The notes beneath the pieces were generated by a model. That model was not told the origin of the DNA, did no database searches, and saw nothing but the letters and a program-made list of their open reading frames with translations. The translations under genes were made by a program, and so were the position numbers. Positions 13,488 through 25,420 of a DNA stretch of 64,000 bases are shown here, in pieces (within the stretch, counting starts at the first letter, position 1; each line of letters begins with the position of its first letter). This stretch comes from Camelus dromedarius (Eukaryota), in NCBI RefSeq assembly GCF_036321535.1, contig NC_087436.1:103790001-103854000 (forward strand). Direction: 5' to 3'.

Positions 13488-13950
13488 AGAATTCTAGAAT
13501 TCCAAGGTGGAAAGTGACCTCATAAGTCTTTTGGATCTTACCTCCACCTTCCACTAACTACTTATCCAATCTTTGCTTGAGCACCTCTGATGATGGGAAG
13601 CTACCTAAGCAAGGTGGTCCATTCATTTTATGAAAGTGTGAATGATTAAAGAATACCTTCTTCCTTTTGCTTAATAAGCACATCTCTGTGTAGCTCCTTT
13701 CCTGTAAGTTGGGGTTCTAGTCTTTGAAGTCCATGAGCAACTTCACCTCTAATTCCACAAACTAGTCCTTCAAATATCTGAAGCCACTCACTATGCTTTG
13801 TCTTCTGCAGACTCAGTACCCACATATAAGCTGTGAGGGGAAAATCAACTACAATTAGAATGAACAATAATATCTTATAGTTTGGAATTCTCTCATCTGG
13901 CTACTTTCCCCTGAGTGCAACTCAGTTTATATCCAACTGCATCCTTAGGT
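13488..13950 (-). mobile_element. CR1/L3 LINE 3' fragment
   Basis: atccaatctttgcttgagcacctctgatgatgggaagct and gtccttcaaatatctgaag match antisense L3. Confidence 0.65.
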
Positions 13951-13959
13951 TAATACTTT

Positions 13960-14725
13960 TATTCTTTTATTTATTGAGTGATTGCATGCTTATTGGCAGC
14001 AAGGCACTGTTCTATACACTGGAGATACAGTAATGGATGTCATCAACAAAATTCTAGCCCTCGTGGAGTTTACATTCTAGCTGTGGGAGATAACCAAATA
14101 ATATAACAATAACATAACAGTAATATGTTAGACTGGAGAACAATAATATGTGTTAAACTAACCAATGATAATTGCTATGGAGAAAACTAAAGCTGTGTAA
14201 GAGGGATAGAGAATTGCTGTTTTATACAGAGTAGCCAGAAAAGCTAATATTTGAGCAAAGACCAGAAGGAAGTGAGAAAGTCAGCCATATGGATCAGAAA
14301 AGAGCATTCCTGGGGAGAGGAAACAGCAAGTACAAAGGCTCTGAGGAGGGAGCACATTTGGTGTGTTCACGGAACAGCAAAACAACCCGTATAGCTGGAA
14401 CTGAGTAATTGCAGAGGTGAAGAGGGGGCTGATTACAGAGATTTAGAAGCATTGAAGACTTTGGCTTTTTTTTACTTTGAGATAGAAATCCACTGGTAGG
14501 TTATAAGAAAATGAATGACATAACTGGTTCAGCATTAGATGGACCCCTCTGGCAACTGTGTAGAGAACAACTGGGCAAGGGGAGGAGGCCAATGGGGAAA
14601 GCAGAGCATAGAAGAGAGCAGGGAGACCCTAAGAGGCTGTGGCAATATCCCAGGAGAAAGATAATGGATCAGATAAGAGTGGTAATGGTGAGGTTTTGAG
14701 CAAAAGTCATTCAGCAGATAATCTT
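13960..14725 (-). mobile_element. LINE L2a fragment
   Basis: aggcactgttctatacactggagatacag..gccctcgtggagtttacattctag..atttgagcaaagacc..aaacagcaagtacaaaggctctgagg. Confidence 0.85.
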
Positions 14726-14749
14726 TCTAGAGTGGTGGGAGAGGGAGTA

Positions 14750-16475
14750 GATGAGTAAAGCTTTTGTAAGCCATTGAAGTCATTATCAGCTTAAAATAGA
14801 TTGTTATAACCATAAGAAGTCTTATGTAAACCACATGGTAACCACAAATAAAACACCTACAGAAGACAGGAAAGAAAATAAGAAAGGAATCAGAGAAGCA
14901 TGCCACTATAAAAAAAAAAAAATCAACAAAACACAAAAGAAATGGCAAAAGAGGAAAAGAGTGACAAGAGAGTTACAAGAAGCCAGAAAATAAATAACAA
15001 AATGGCAACAGTAAGTTGCCCTATCAGTAACTGCTTTAAATGTAAATGGATTAAACTCTCTTATCAAGAGAAATAGATCGTTAAGTATGGATTTTTTTAA
15101 AACCTAACTCTGAATTTAGGCGAAAAAATTTTCAATAAAAATCTAGCAAACTAAATTCAACAATGCATTAAAAGGTTTCTACATCATGACCAAGGGGGAT
15201 TTATCCCTGAGATGCACAGATGTTTCATACAAAAATCAATGTGATACACCACATTAACATACTGAAGGATAAAAATCATATGATCATCTCAATAAATGCA
15301 AAAAAAAAGCATTTGAGAAAAATCCAACATACTTTCATGATTACATATATTAAAAAAAAAACCTCAAAAATTGGGTAAAAAGGAATGTATCTCAACATAA
15401 TAAAGGCCATATATGAGAATCCCACAGCTAATATCAATACTCGATGGTGAAAGATTTAAAGCTTTTCATCTAAGATCAAGAACAGGCATAGACATCCACT
15501 CTCATAACTTGTATTCAGAATAGTTCTGGAAATCATAGAGAAATAAGGCAAGAAAAGGAAATAAAAGTCATCCTAATCAGAAAAGAAAAAGTAAAATTGT
15601 CCATGTTCACAGACAACATGATCTCAAATGCAGAAATCTAAAGATTACACACACACAAAAAAACTTTAGAACTAATAAATTTATCAAAGTAACTAGATAC
15701 AAAGACAAAAAGCTATAGTAATCAAAAAAAGTATGGTACTGGCATAAAGACAAATGTATAGACCAATGAAATAGAATAGGGTCCAGAAATAAACCCACAC
15801 ATAAACCCACACATATACAGTCAACTGACCTTTGACAAGGGTGCCAAGAATATACAATGGGAAATGACAGTCTCTTCAACAACTGATGTTGACAAAACTG
15901 GATATCCACATGCAAAAAAAAAAAAGAAAGAAAGAAATTGGACCTTCATCTTACACCATATACAAAAATCAACTCAAAATGATTAAACATTGAAACATAA
16001 GACCTGAAACTACAAAATCCTTAGAAGAAAACACAGAAGAAAGCTTCATAACATAGGCCTTGGCAATGATTTCTTGGACATAATACCAAAAGCATAGGCA
16101 GAAAAAAACAAATATGGATAATTGGGACTACATCAAACTAAAAACCTCTGTGCAGCCAAGGAAACAATCAACAGAGTAAAAAGGCAACCTGTGGAACAGG
16201 TGAAAACATTTGCAAACAATATATCTGATAAGGGGTTCATCTCCAAAATTTATAAGGAACACTTACATTCAATAGCAAAAAAAAAAAAAAAAAAATCAAA
16301 TAAGCCAATTAAAAAATGGGCAAAGGGCTTGAATAGACATTTCTTTCAAGAAGATGTAAAAATGGCCAACTGGTACATGTAAACATGTAAAGCTGCTCAA
16401 CATCACTAATCACCAGGGAAATACAAATCAAAACCACAATGAGATATCACTTCACATCTGCTAAAATGGCCATTT

Positions 16476-16520
<45 letters not shown>

Positions 16521-17178
16521 CAAGTATGTGAAGAAATTGGAACCCTGATGCACTGTTAGTGAGAATACTAAAATGGTGCAGTATCTATGGAAAATGGAAT
16601 GGATGTTTCTCAAAAAAATTAAAAATAAATGATCCAGCAATCCACTTCTTGGTATTTATCTAAAAGAATCGAAAGCAGGATCTAGAAGAAGCATTCACAC
16701 TCCTGGGTTCAGTACAGCATTAATTACAATAGCCAAGAATTAGAAACAACCTAAATGTCCATTGACAGTTGAATGGATAGAGTGTGTATACATACGATAG
16801 AATATTATTCAGTCTGAAAAAGGAATGAAATTCTGACACAAGTTACAACATGGATGCACCTTGAGGACATCATGCTAAGTGCAGTAAGTCAGCCATAGAA
16901 GGACAAATACTACATGATTCTACTTATATGAAGCATCTAAAGTAGTCAAATTCATAGAAGCAGAAAGTAGAATGGTGGTCACAAGGGGCTAGAGGGAGGT
17001 GGGGACTGGGAAGCTGGTGTTCAATGGGTATAGAGTTTTAGTCATGCAAAATGAAAAAGTTCTAGAGATCTGCTATACAATAATCTTCATATATTTAACA
17101 ATTCTATGTATTTAAAGATTTTGTTAAGAGGGTAGATCTCATGCTGGGTGTTCTTTACCACAATTAAAAAAGAAAAAT
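14750..17178 (+). mobile_element. L1 (L1MA10/L1MB1-like 3' UTR) with internal deletions; broken ORF2
   Basis: Inter-ORF region and ORF2 start (aatgtaaatggattaaactctc), RT segment, C-terminal ORF 16122-16382 (KETINRVKRQP..PIKKWAKGLNRHF), 3' UTR and A-rich end. Confidence 0.95.
16479..16516. repeat. (AC)19 microsatellite inside L1
   Basis: Perfect dinucleotide run read directly. Confidence 0.97.
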
Positions 17179-17299
17179 GAACAGACAAGCAACAAAACCA
17201 TGCCAGCAATAGTCATGAACACATATGCATTAAAATACACTTTATAAAACTGGATACACCATTTTGGTTGAAGTTTGTACCATCAATCTGGAATGCCTT

Positions 17300-18121
17300 T
17301 GTAACCGAGCAGGACCCTATTTTCATCAGCAACCATCTGGTATTTATAATGGTGTTTGTGTAACTGCTTAACTGTATAATAGTTTTAAAGTTTCTTCTCA
17401 TGCTCTTGTTGACCAGGGTTGGGCTGGAGAGGAGGGTGACTTGGGTGCCACTCAACCCCCTTGTGGTGCTGTGTGCCAGGACCATGCTCAGTGCCCTTTT
17501 TTGCCCCCAGTGCCCTCCTCTTGACCCCAGCACCTCAGAAACTGCAGGTGGGTGTTTTGTGCATCTTGTTGTTCATAAATCATCCCAACTGCAGTTGTTT
17601 TTAGCCCTTTATGGTTTCTTTGTATTCTGTTGTTCAAGGTGCAGGTCTCAGCCTGCAACAAGGTCTCAGGTTTCAGCCTGCCTAGAATGCTAGAAGCCTT
17701 TATTAGCCTGACTTTAAACTACACAAGTTTTTCTCTAGAGCATTTTCCCACACACTCCCTTCCTAAGCACCTTTTGTTCCAGGCACAAGAATATCAGAAG
17801 AGTCTAAAAGCCAGAGGTGATCTTCACACACAACAAAAGGAAGGGCACAATTGCATCTACAAAAACAGGAACAACTTTGCAAATAATTTGTTACCCTGTA
17901 TGCAGTCTCTATGGAAAATAGCTCTGCTCCTTGAACTCCTGATTTTTTACCATAAAACCCCCGCCTTCTCACCCCAGCAGGCTCGCAGTTGTGGAGGCAT
18001 AAATGAACTGTGACCTCCTTTGTCTGGCAAAGAGATAAAGCTGCCTTTTATACTTCATCTAAAACTCTGTCCTCAAGTCTCATTTCGGTAAGTGGGGTGT
18101 GGAGACCATGTTTCGGCAACA
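17300..18121 (+). mobile_element. ERV1-type solo LTR (~820 bp)
   Basis: Termini tgtaaccgagcaggacc...tttcggcaaca, TATA-like cataaaa (~17951), degenerate poly(A) signal gataaa (~18034), internal ~24-bp tandem duplication 17635-17681; only ctt shared as a partial TSD. Confidence 0.75.
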
Positions 18122-18129
18122 CTTAGTCC

Positions 18130-18266
18130 TTCCTTCTAGTTTTATTACTGCCAAGTTACATAACCAGGCGCAAGCCTCTTACCTTCTCTGAGCCTCAGTT
18201 TCCTCAGTAAAATGATGAAATTAAATTACTCTAAAGTTCATCCTAACTTAAAGTCTTATGATTCTG
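18130..18266 (+). mobile_element. MIR (MIR3/MIRc-like)
   Basis: ccttctctgagcctcagtttcctcagtaaaatg..ctctaaagttc..tatgattct. Confidence 0.7.
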
Positions 18267-18999
18267 AGCTTCTCACTTACTCACTACAATCTTAATGACA
18301 AAAACCACAGTGGACAACTAATTTTATATTTTCAAGTCACTCCCGTAGGCAATTTCTTCCTCAGTCTATTCTGCACTGAATTTTCTAAGTTTGGCACTCT
18401 ATGTGTGCCTCAAGCAAAATGGTTGAGACACCCATGAACCTATTATGCCCTGAGTCATATGAGGTAATTGCCAATAATCCTAATTCTGGTTCATAGTTTG
18501 CTTGTCCATAATTACAGCTGCAGTCAAATGCTTTTAGTGTTAACATCAGCCGGGGGTTGCCAAGCATCCTCCCTATCTTAGGGAAACGGAACCGTGAGTA
18601 CATTTCGAAGCAAGGTTTGCTGCTTCTTTGCCTAGAACACTTTTTAATTGGGTATCATTTGGAAATTTCTAAATCCCATTTTGGAGCTTCTGGTCACTGC
18701 ATTACTTAGCGAAGCCCGAAAAGCTGGTTATGAGGCGTGCCTGAACTGTGCAAATGTCAAAACAAAAAGTACTATCATCCCTGGTTTCTTCAGAAAATGA
18801 AAAGAGGCATCATCTTGACCCTTTTTTAATATATGCTGATAGAAACCAAAGGCAGTAAAGCTGCTAGAGGGAGCACTCATGAATTTGGGATTGAAATTGC
18901 ATTTCTAATTTAAGAGTTTTCCATCCAGTTAGCAGAGTTTAAAATCATTGGGTTTTTCAGAAACCCACAGACTATGTAAATGTGCAATTTGGATATATT

Positions 19000-19890
19000 C
19001 ACCCAAGTGCCTGCCTAGAAACCTGAGTCATCTTTACCTTCTACCCTCTCCTCCCCTCCCACATCTAGTGAGTCAACAGACTCTCCCCATTCAACCTCTA
19101 ATGATTTTGCAATCTACTCCCATGCCTCCCACCCAGATTCCTGCTGAAAAGGCAGTTAAGGATCTCATTACCTCTTAAGTAGGTAAGTGGTTGGCTTGAC
19201 CCCAGGCCTTCCCCACCTCCAAACTCTCCTCCACAGAGACACAAGAGATGGTTTTACCAAAGCACAAATTGGAGCCTGCGCTATTACTTAGAAATACATG
19301 ACGGCTCCCTGAAGCACAAGATAATCTAAAGCCTTAGCTTGGTACTTCCTATCTCTCCCCCCATCCCTTCCAGCCCTCTATAGCTCACTCCAAGGCCTGA
19401 TTTTGTCAGCTTCTGAATCGCCAAATGCTCCCTGCTCTCACAAATACTCCTCTTATCAGCTCTTTTCTCTGCTGGGAACTCCCAACTTTATACATTGATA
19501 TATCCCTCACCCTTAATATGAAATTCAACCATCATTTCCTCTAAAACTTGCCCCCACCCTTTTTAGAACAGTTCTTTCCAACGTGCCTCCCTAGAAGAGT
19601 GATTTGGTCATTTGTTCATTTTTTTTTTCATTCACCAAATCTAAGAAACAACTTAGTTCTGAGGACATGACCGTAAATAATATAATCATGGTTCCTGCCC
19701 TTGTGAAGTCTACCTTATTGTGGACTGTTGCTACCACAGGTATGCCAGCCCATTGTCTTTTTGTCCATATTTTAATAAGTGTTCTGTTTCACTCATTGGA
19801 CCACAAACTCCTTGAGCGGGGGGTTAGGTTTCATTCATTGTTCAGCACAATGAGTGAATCTCAGCTAATATCTATTGAATTTTATTTAAA
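19000..19890 (+). mobile_element. L2 fragment with a small opposite-strand L2 tail piece near 19605-19720
   Basis: agaaacctgagtcatctttacc..ctccacagagacacaagag..cacaaactccttgagcgggg. Confidence 0.6.
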
Positions 19891-20359
19891 CTGAGTTGTC
19901 TTATCGGTTGAGTATATATGTATTTGTATAAGGATGGACTTGTACTCAAACTAAGTGACTTACAGAGCCTTGTCATTTACACTGTCCTAAGCAACCCCTC
20001 TGTGCCTGTATCTATCTTAAAATGCAGCAGACAGTAGCACAAACACGTCACAAGCATCATTGCAGGTAAAGGACAGGAAGCACTTGTCACAGTGACCAGC
20101 ATCTAAAAACTGCTTAACAAACACAAACTCCCCTTCAGCATGAGTCATCCTTTATTTTTCAGATTTTAAAAAAAGCTGGCATTTGTTTAAGTTTGATGGA
20201 CTGTTTCCCGTAAGAATTTTCAACAAAGCAAGAATTTTCTTCAGATCTGTCTTATCAAATGGTTGCCATTCAATTAGTAACATGAGGAGAGTTTGCAGGC
20301 ACAAGGGGAAAGGTGACTTTAAATTCCTGGTCCTCAGATAAGACTTGGTAAATGGGGCT

Positions 20360-20573
20360 AGGTGATGCAAGACCTGGATTCTAGGACCAGCTCTGACATG
20401 AGTAAGTTCTGAAAAATCACTTCATTTCTCTGTTGCTCAGTTTTCTTATCTGTCGAAGATGGGGCTATTAATACCACTTTTCCTTCCCTTGAAGAGTTTT
20501 GTGGATAAAAATATAATACCTGTGGAATTACCCTGAAAAAAAGGTAAAAGCTTATCAAATGTGAGGTGGTATT
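20360..20573 (+). mobile_element. MIR
   Basis: gacctggattctaggaccagctctgac..ctcagttttcttatctgtcgaagatgggg. Confidence 0.75.
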
Positions 20574-21846
20574 TGTAAGAGTAAGAACTTCTGGAACACA
20601 CTTATGACAGGACCATCTCTCAGGGATGTCTCCAAGCGTACATGAGGCTGCTTGGCAAGTTGATACATATATGGTCAAGGATTTAGTGGGAAGAGATAAG
20701 AAATCCTCCCAAGTCTTCTTGGGGCAGATAAGAAACAAGCCTAGCCAACCCTCGGTGACCTGTGATAACAAGGCTGGGGATAATATGGATAAACGGATTT
20801 CACAGATTTTCCAGAAATATAACTTGCACCATTTATGACCTCTAAACTTTTGCAGAAATTCCTTAAAAGGAGCCAACTTACTTTAACCTGGACTCATAAC
20901 CTATGTGAGTTTCACCACCAGTTCCTACCTCTATCCATGCTTAGACATGATGGTAAAGAACAAAGAACAGACAGTGGAAATGCTGAAGCAGCCATAAAAA
21001 TTGCTGATCTACCCAAGAGAGATCAGTACCTTTTGCTCCGAGAGACCTAAGGGGTGCGAGCTCCGTTCACATTTTCCCGGGGTGAGGAAGAAGCAACCAG
21101 GGTCTGCCAACGCAGAAAATTCTGGTAGTGACCTCAGACCACTGTGATTTCCCCAAGTCACCTGAAGGGACCTGTCCCTTCAACTGATCCGTCCCCAGAC
21201 GGCAGTGACGTCAGGTCTTGGATCGTTCCTAGTCTAGAACTATTCCACAGACGTTTCCAAAGCTGGGATGGGAAATGGCTGAGAAATAAGGAAATCTGTT
21301 ATTTGAATTATTCAACAGTTCTTTCCCTGACAACCCCTGTGAGGGAGCTGCCTTCCTGTCACTTCTCATTATGATCGCTTTCCTTTCCCTTCTTTTTGCC
21401 CCTTTCCCTGAAATATCGGCAAGATGATTCAACAACACTGCGAAAAGAACACTGAGGGGAAGGCCATCTGCAGAACAGCAGCCCCGCAGGTGGCATACGG
21501 TTTAGTAGCTCAAGATCAAAACCCAGTAACTCAGGATCAGAAGCTGGGCAGGTTAAAAAGCAGAAAGTTGTTGATACCCTCTTGATGGGAATTAGAGTAG
21601 CAATGAGGGAAATGAACTAGTGATGCTCCTGCTTCAAGGGGCTTGCATCCACCTATTCACTGACTCAACAAATGTTTGTTGAGCATTTGCTCCATGCCAG
21701 AGAGTTCAAACAGAACACCTGGGATCCGTCTGTCCTGGTTCTATCCATACTGTCAGTAACTGCAATGTGTGACCCCCACCCAGGTCTGTCAGTTTTGCAT
21801 TTACGCCAGTGAAATAAGTAACTGACACCTTGGAGAGGGCACAGGG

Positions 21847-21961
21847 TAGGGTGACCAGTCATCCTGGCTAGCCCAGGACTATGGGGGGTTCTAGTACACA
21901 AGACTTTTCCATTTTAAAACTGGGAAAGTCCTGGGCAAGCAGGAATAAGTTGGCCACTCTA
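21847..21961 (-). mobile_element. MER94 hAT-Blackjack MITE
   Basis: Terminal inverted repeats tagggtgacca / tggccactcta; 8-bp flanks gcacaggg / gcatgagg, consistent with a CpG-decayed TSD. Confidence 0.85.
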
Positions 21962-22036
21962 GCATGAGGCCAGGAACCAGACCTAAGTCTGAGTTTCAGA
22001 TCATCTGTTAATGGCTAGACTTGACCTTCGATCTTT

Positions 22037-22155
22037 TGTGTGAGCTTTGACAATTTAAAAAAAAATCTTTAGACCTCAGTTTCCACTTCTGTAGAATAAA
22101 GTTGTAAGACTAGATTATCTCTAAGGATTACCTTCCAGCTTTAATACACTAAGAG
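22037..22155 (+). mobile_element. MIR3-like SINE
   Basis: gacctcagtttccacttctgtagaat..gactagattatctctaagg..ccttccagct. Confidence 0.7.
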
Positions 22156-22749
22156 TGAATTTAACATCTTTTTAGGATTAAAATGGGTCTAAAGATGCTA
22201 CAAAGGTATAGGGAGCTCCCTGCAAATCTCTGTCCACAAAGATAACAGCAAGTTGAAATCCTGGTAGATACCCAACAATTACAATGATCTAATCTAAACA
22301 TAAGCCACTCCTCTAAATTAAGCATCAGAGTTCTTTGCCTCAGTGCCTGGGTAAACTTAGCCCAGTACGGAAAAAGTTCTATTCAGAAACTGGCAGAAAA
22401 TTTAGAGTCTGCTTTGGAAAGATATAGTTCAGAATTATATTTAGCTGGGTTACTTTAGCGATTAGACAGACTGCTGACTTCGAAGTATTTAAGCTGAAAA
22501 AGACCTTTGTTGCCATTAAGTGCCTTTGTATCTTGGGTAAGATTGTAGAAGGAATGAAGGAGCATGCACCACATGAAAAATCACTTCTTTGGAAAAATCG
22601 CAAGTTAAAAAAAAAAAATAGGTTGAGGGGAGCATATTCCCAATACAAAGACTTGCTTTTCTTGAACTTTAATGACCTCATCTATAAAATGGACAGACAA
22701 CATACTTCTCAGGGTCATGAGAAGGTAAGCTTGTTCTCTTTTGTTAAAT

Positions 22750-22935
22750 TTGTGTGTGTGTGTATATAATCTTACATTTATCCAGCCTTATGTTTTTTAT
22801 ATATGGATTTATATATAAATGGATTTTATTTTACAAATCCATCCTTATAATTTGTATATATAGGTATATAAAATATTTACATATTTATATATAAAATATC
22901 TATATGCTATATATAACACACATACATACCTACTA
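22750..22935. repeat. AT-rich degenerate (TA)n low-complexity tract
   Basis: Interrupted tatata/ttta runs read directly. Confidence 0.8.
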
Positions 22936-23333
22936 TGCACCTGTCACATTCTTAGATATAAAGAGCATTTCAAATGGCAAAAATGCTATGCAAATCTAGA
23001 GGAATATGTTGTGAAAAAGTAAGTTCCAGAACCACCATCTTTAACTTTTTCAAATCCTATCAGATCAGGTTTTTTGGCTAATCTAACACAGTCACTCAGA
23101 TTAAAATACGAAACAAGGTGTCATTAAGATCACCTCTATGTCTCAGAGCAGCATTTACTCTTAAACGTTTGTGAACAAAAAGTGATGTAAGAATATCCCA
23201 CAACGCATAGAATCACAGGCTTTAAAACATCTCAAGATTCCTCTTGTCTGGTGATGTCTTCTCCAAGGTGGACAAATGCTCTCCCAGTCCCTACTTGAGG
23301 ACAGTCACCAGCTGAGAATTCATATGCTCAGAA

Positions 23334-23807
23334 TTTAACTGAGCAGGATCCCGTGGGGCCTTGCCAGGACAGACTCCCCGCTTCCCACATCCTCCACTGT
23401 AGCTCCTCTCTGAAGTACCCAGATAATAGTATCTCACGTAGGTTTTCTGAGTCTTTCAGATGCTAAAAACCACCACCAAATGGAAGAAATTAACTACTTG
23501 ATGGTCATAAACATGAGACCCTCAGACCTTCTGGCATTTAGGGGTTGATGGTGTTGACTGCCCTGTTACCCCAACCAATCAGGGAAAAATGCATGAGCTG
23601 ATCACATACTCTGCGACCCCCATCCCTTACCTGACCTTTAAATAGGCTTTGCTGAAACTCTTCAGGGAGTTTGGGGTTCTCTTGGGCACGAGCCACCCCA
23701 CCCTCCTTGCTCGGCCCTGCAGTAAACCTTTCTTTGCTCCAGACTCCAACATTTCAGTTTCTTTGGCCTCACGGTACACTGGGAACACAGACTTGCATTC
23801 AGTAACA
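23334..23807 (+). mobile_element. ERV1-type solo LTR with 4-bp TSD
   Basis: Termini tttaactgagcagg (TG decayed to TT) ... cagtaaca; TSD agaa at 23330-23333 and 23808-23811; CCAAT 23575-23579, tttaaata 23637-23644, variant poly(A) signal agtaaa 23721-23726. Confidence 0.9.
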
Positions 23808-25084
23808 AGAAGATAGTTCTTTTTGCCTTTACTTAATGCATCTTCACAGATTCAGTTCATTATTGACTCAATGACTGCATCCTTTGGGATTCCTGACGTT
23901 AATATGAGTTAAGCACTGTTCTCTTTTATTATAACCACACGCAGAGTAGGCACACAATAAATGAGTGTCCTTTCTCCCTCTTTCTCCTCCCTATATCATT
24001 GCTAGCTCAAGTTAGGTCACAGTCAGCATTCGTTAAAAACAGTTTTCCCCGATGTCCCTGAAGACGTGCTCTGGGCTGACAGCCAGGATGTTCCTCTGGG
24101 GATTACCAGTGAAAATTCACGAGGAAGACCGGAGAGCGAGGCGGCAGTTTGGCATGGGGATATGAATTCTATTTGCAACCAAAAGAGACTCTCTTGACTT
24201 TAGACTGGCAAATAGCCCCAAAACTGCTGAAATTCCAATTCCATGGTGAAGGTCTATTGCTCTCCCAGTCCTCACAACGGTGGCATGGCAATGCTGTCCT
24301 GCGTGTGATGTGACTTCCTTGCCAAGTCACGGGAACAGTTTGTTAGAAAACAATGATCTCGGGACCTCCCGCAAAACTGCACTGTTTTTCAACCCCATTA
24401 GTGTTGAGGTAGTGGCATACAGCTGCAGGATGATTTATCTCTCAATACTGATCGGCTGCTACATTACTGGACATTTCCTCCACGGCTGATTCCATCAATC
24501 ATGCCATCATCTGAGCGGTTCTGCAGCCGGCGCTCATCTGACACGGCCGCGCTCACTATTTATCTTACATGCCGTCTCTCACTCTTGTCAGTTTTAATTC
24601 TGCTCCATCCTCATTCTCTTCTGCTGTCCCCTGAGGGCTCTGTCTGGGACATATTATTATTCAGTATTTACAGGGATGTCACTTGAAAAATGTCACCATT
24701 GCAAATGACAAAAATTCAGAGGTTTGCACAGAATCATCTGTGCCCCAGCCACCATTTTGAATTTTTATACCGTGATGTAAATTCCACAGCTACCCATGAA
24801 ATTTTAAAACCATTGACCGGGTTCAAAGGAAGCCTTTGGGCAGAAATGTGGCACTTGCTAAAATCCTTCCAATTTAATTGTAAAGTTTCCACTTTTGAAG
24901 AGGATTTACTCAATTCTCTATTTTTAGGGAAAAAATATAATTTAGAAACATGCCCACCATTATTGATGTTATCACCCAAGTCAAGGTGGAAGGTTTATCC
25001 TTAAGCCTCTATAATTTGTAATTATGAGTTGTCTACATCTTATCATCAAATGTGTATCTCTTTCCATGCTGAAACTGAAATGCT

Positions 25085-25420
25085 TATTTTAGCTAACACC
25101 CATGTAGCATTTCTTATGTTCCACAATCTGTTCTAAGCATATATACTCACATATGTTAATCCTCAAATCAAACCTACATTCCCCATTACTGTCAAAGAGG
25201 ATACTTGGGCTAGAAGGGGAAATCAAATTTATTCAACACATATTATATGCTCAGCTTTTTCACAAATATTGTCTTTTGAGTGAGGACCACAATTCTAGAA
25301 GATAAATATAATCATCTGCATGTTCACAGATGAGAAATCTGAAGTGTCAAAAGGTTTGCAGACTCATTGAGGTCATTAAGCCAGCATGTTAACCCGTGTC
25401 TGTCTCATTCTCAGTGTCCC
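25085..25420 (-). mobile_element. Two adjacent MIR fragments
   Basis: tgttctaagcat..ttaatcctcaaa and tgttcacagatgagaaatctgaag..aggtcat. Confidence 0.55.

Noticed and set aside
13489..13502. Palindrome gaattctagaattc as a heat-shock element
   Set aside because: Spacing gives only one TTCnnGAA pair, and it coincides with the CR1/L3 terminal repeat.
20358..20876. 172-aa minus-strand ORF
   Set aside because: Its C-terminal part is translated MIR; no homology recognised.
17300..23807. Two same-strand LTRs ~6 kb apart as one provirus
   Set aside because: The bodies differ in length and sequence, no primer-binding site follows the first, the second has its own TSD, and the interior holds older MIR/L2/MER94 rather than gag-pol-env.
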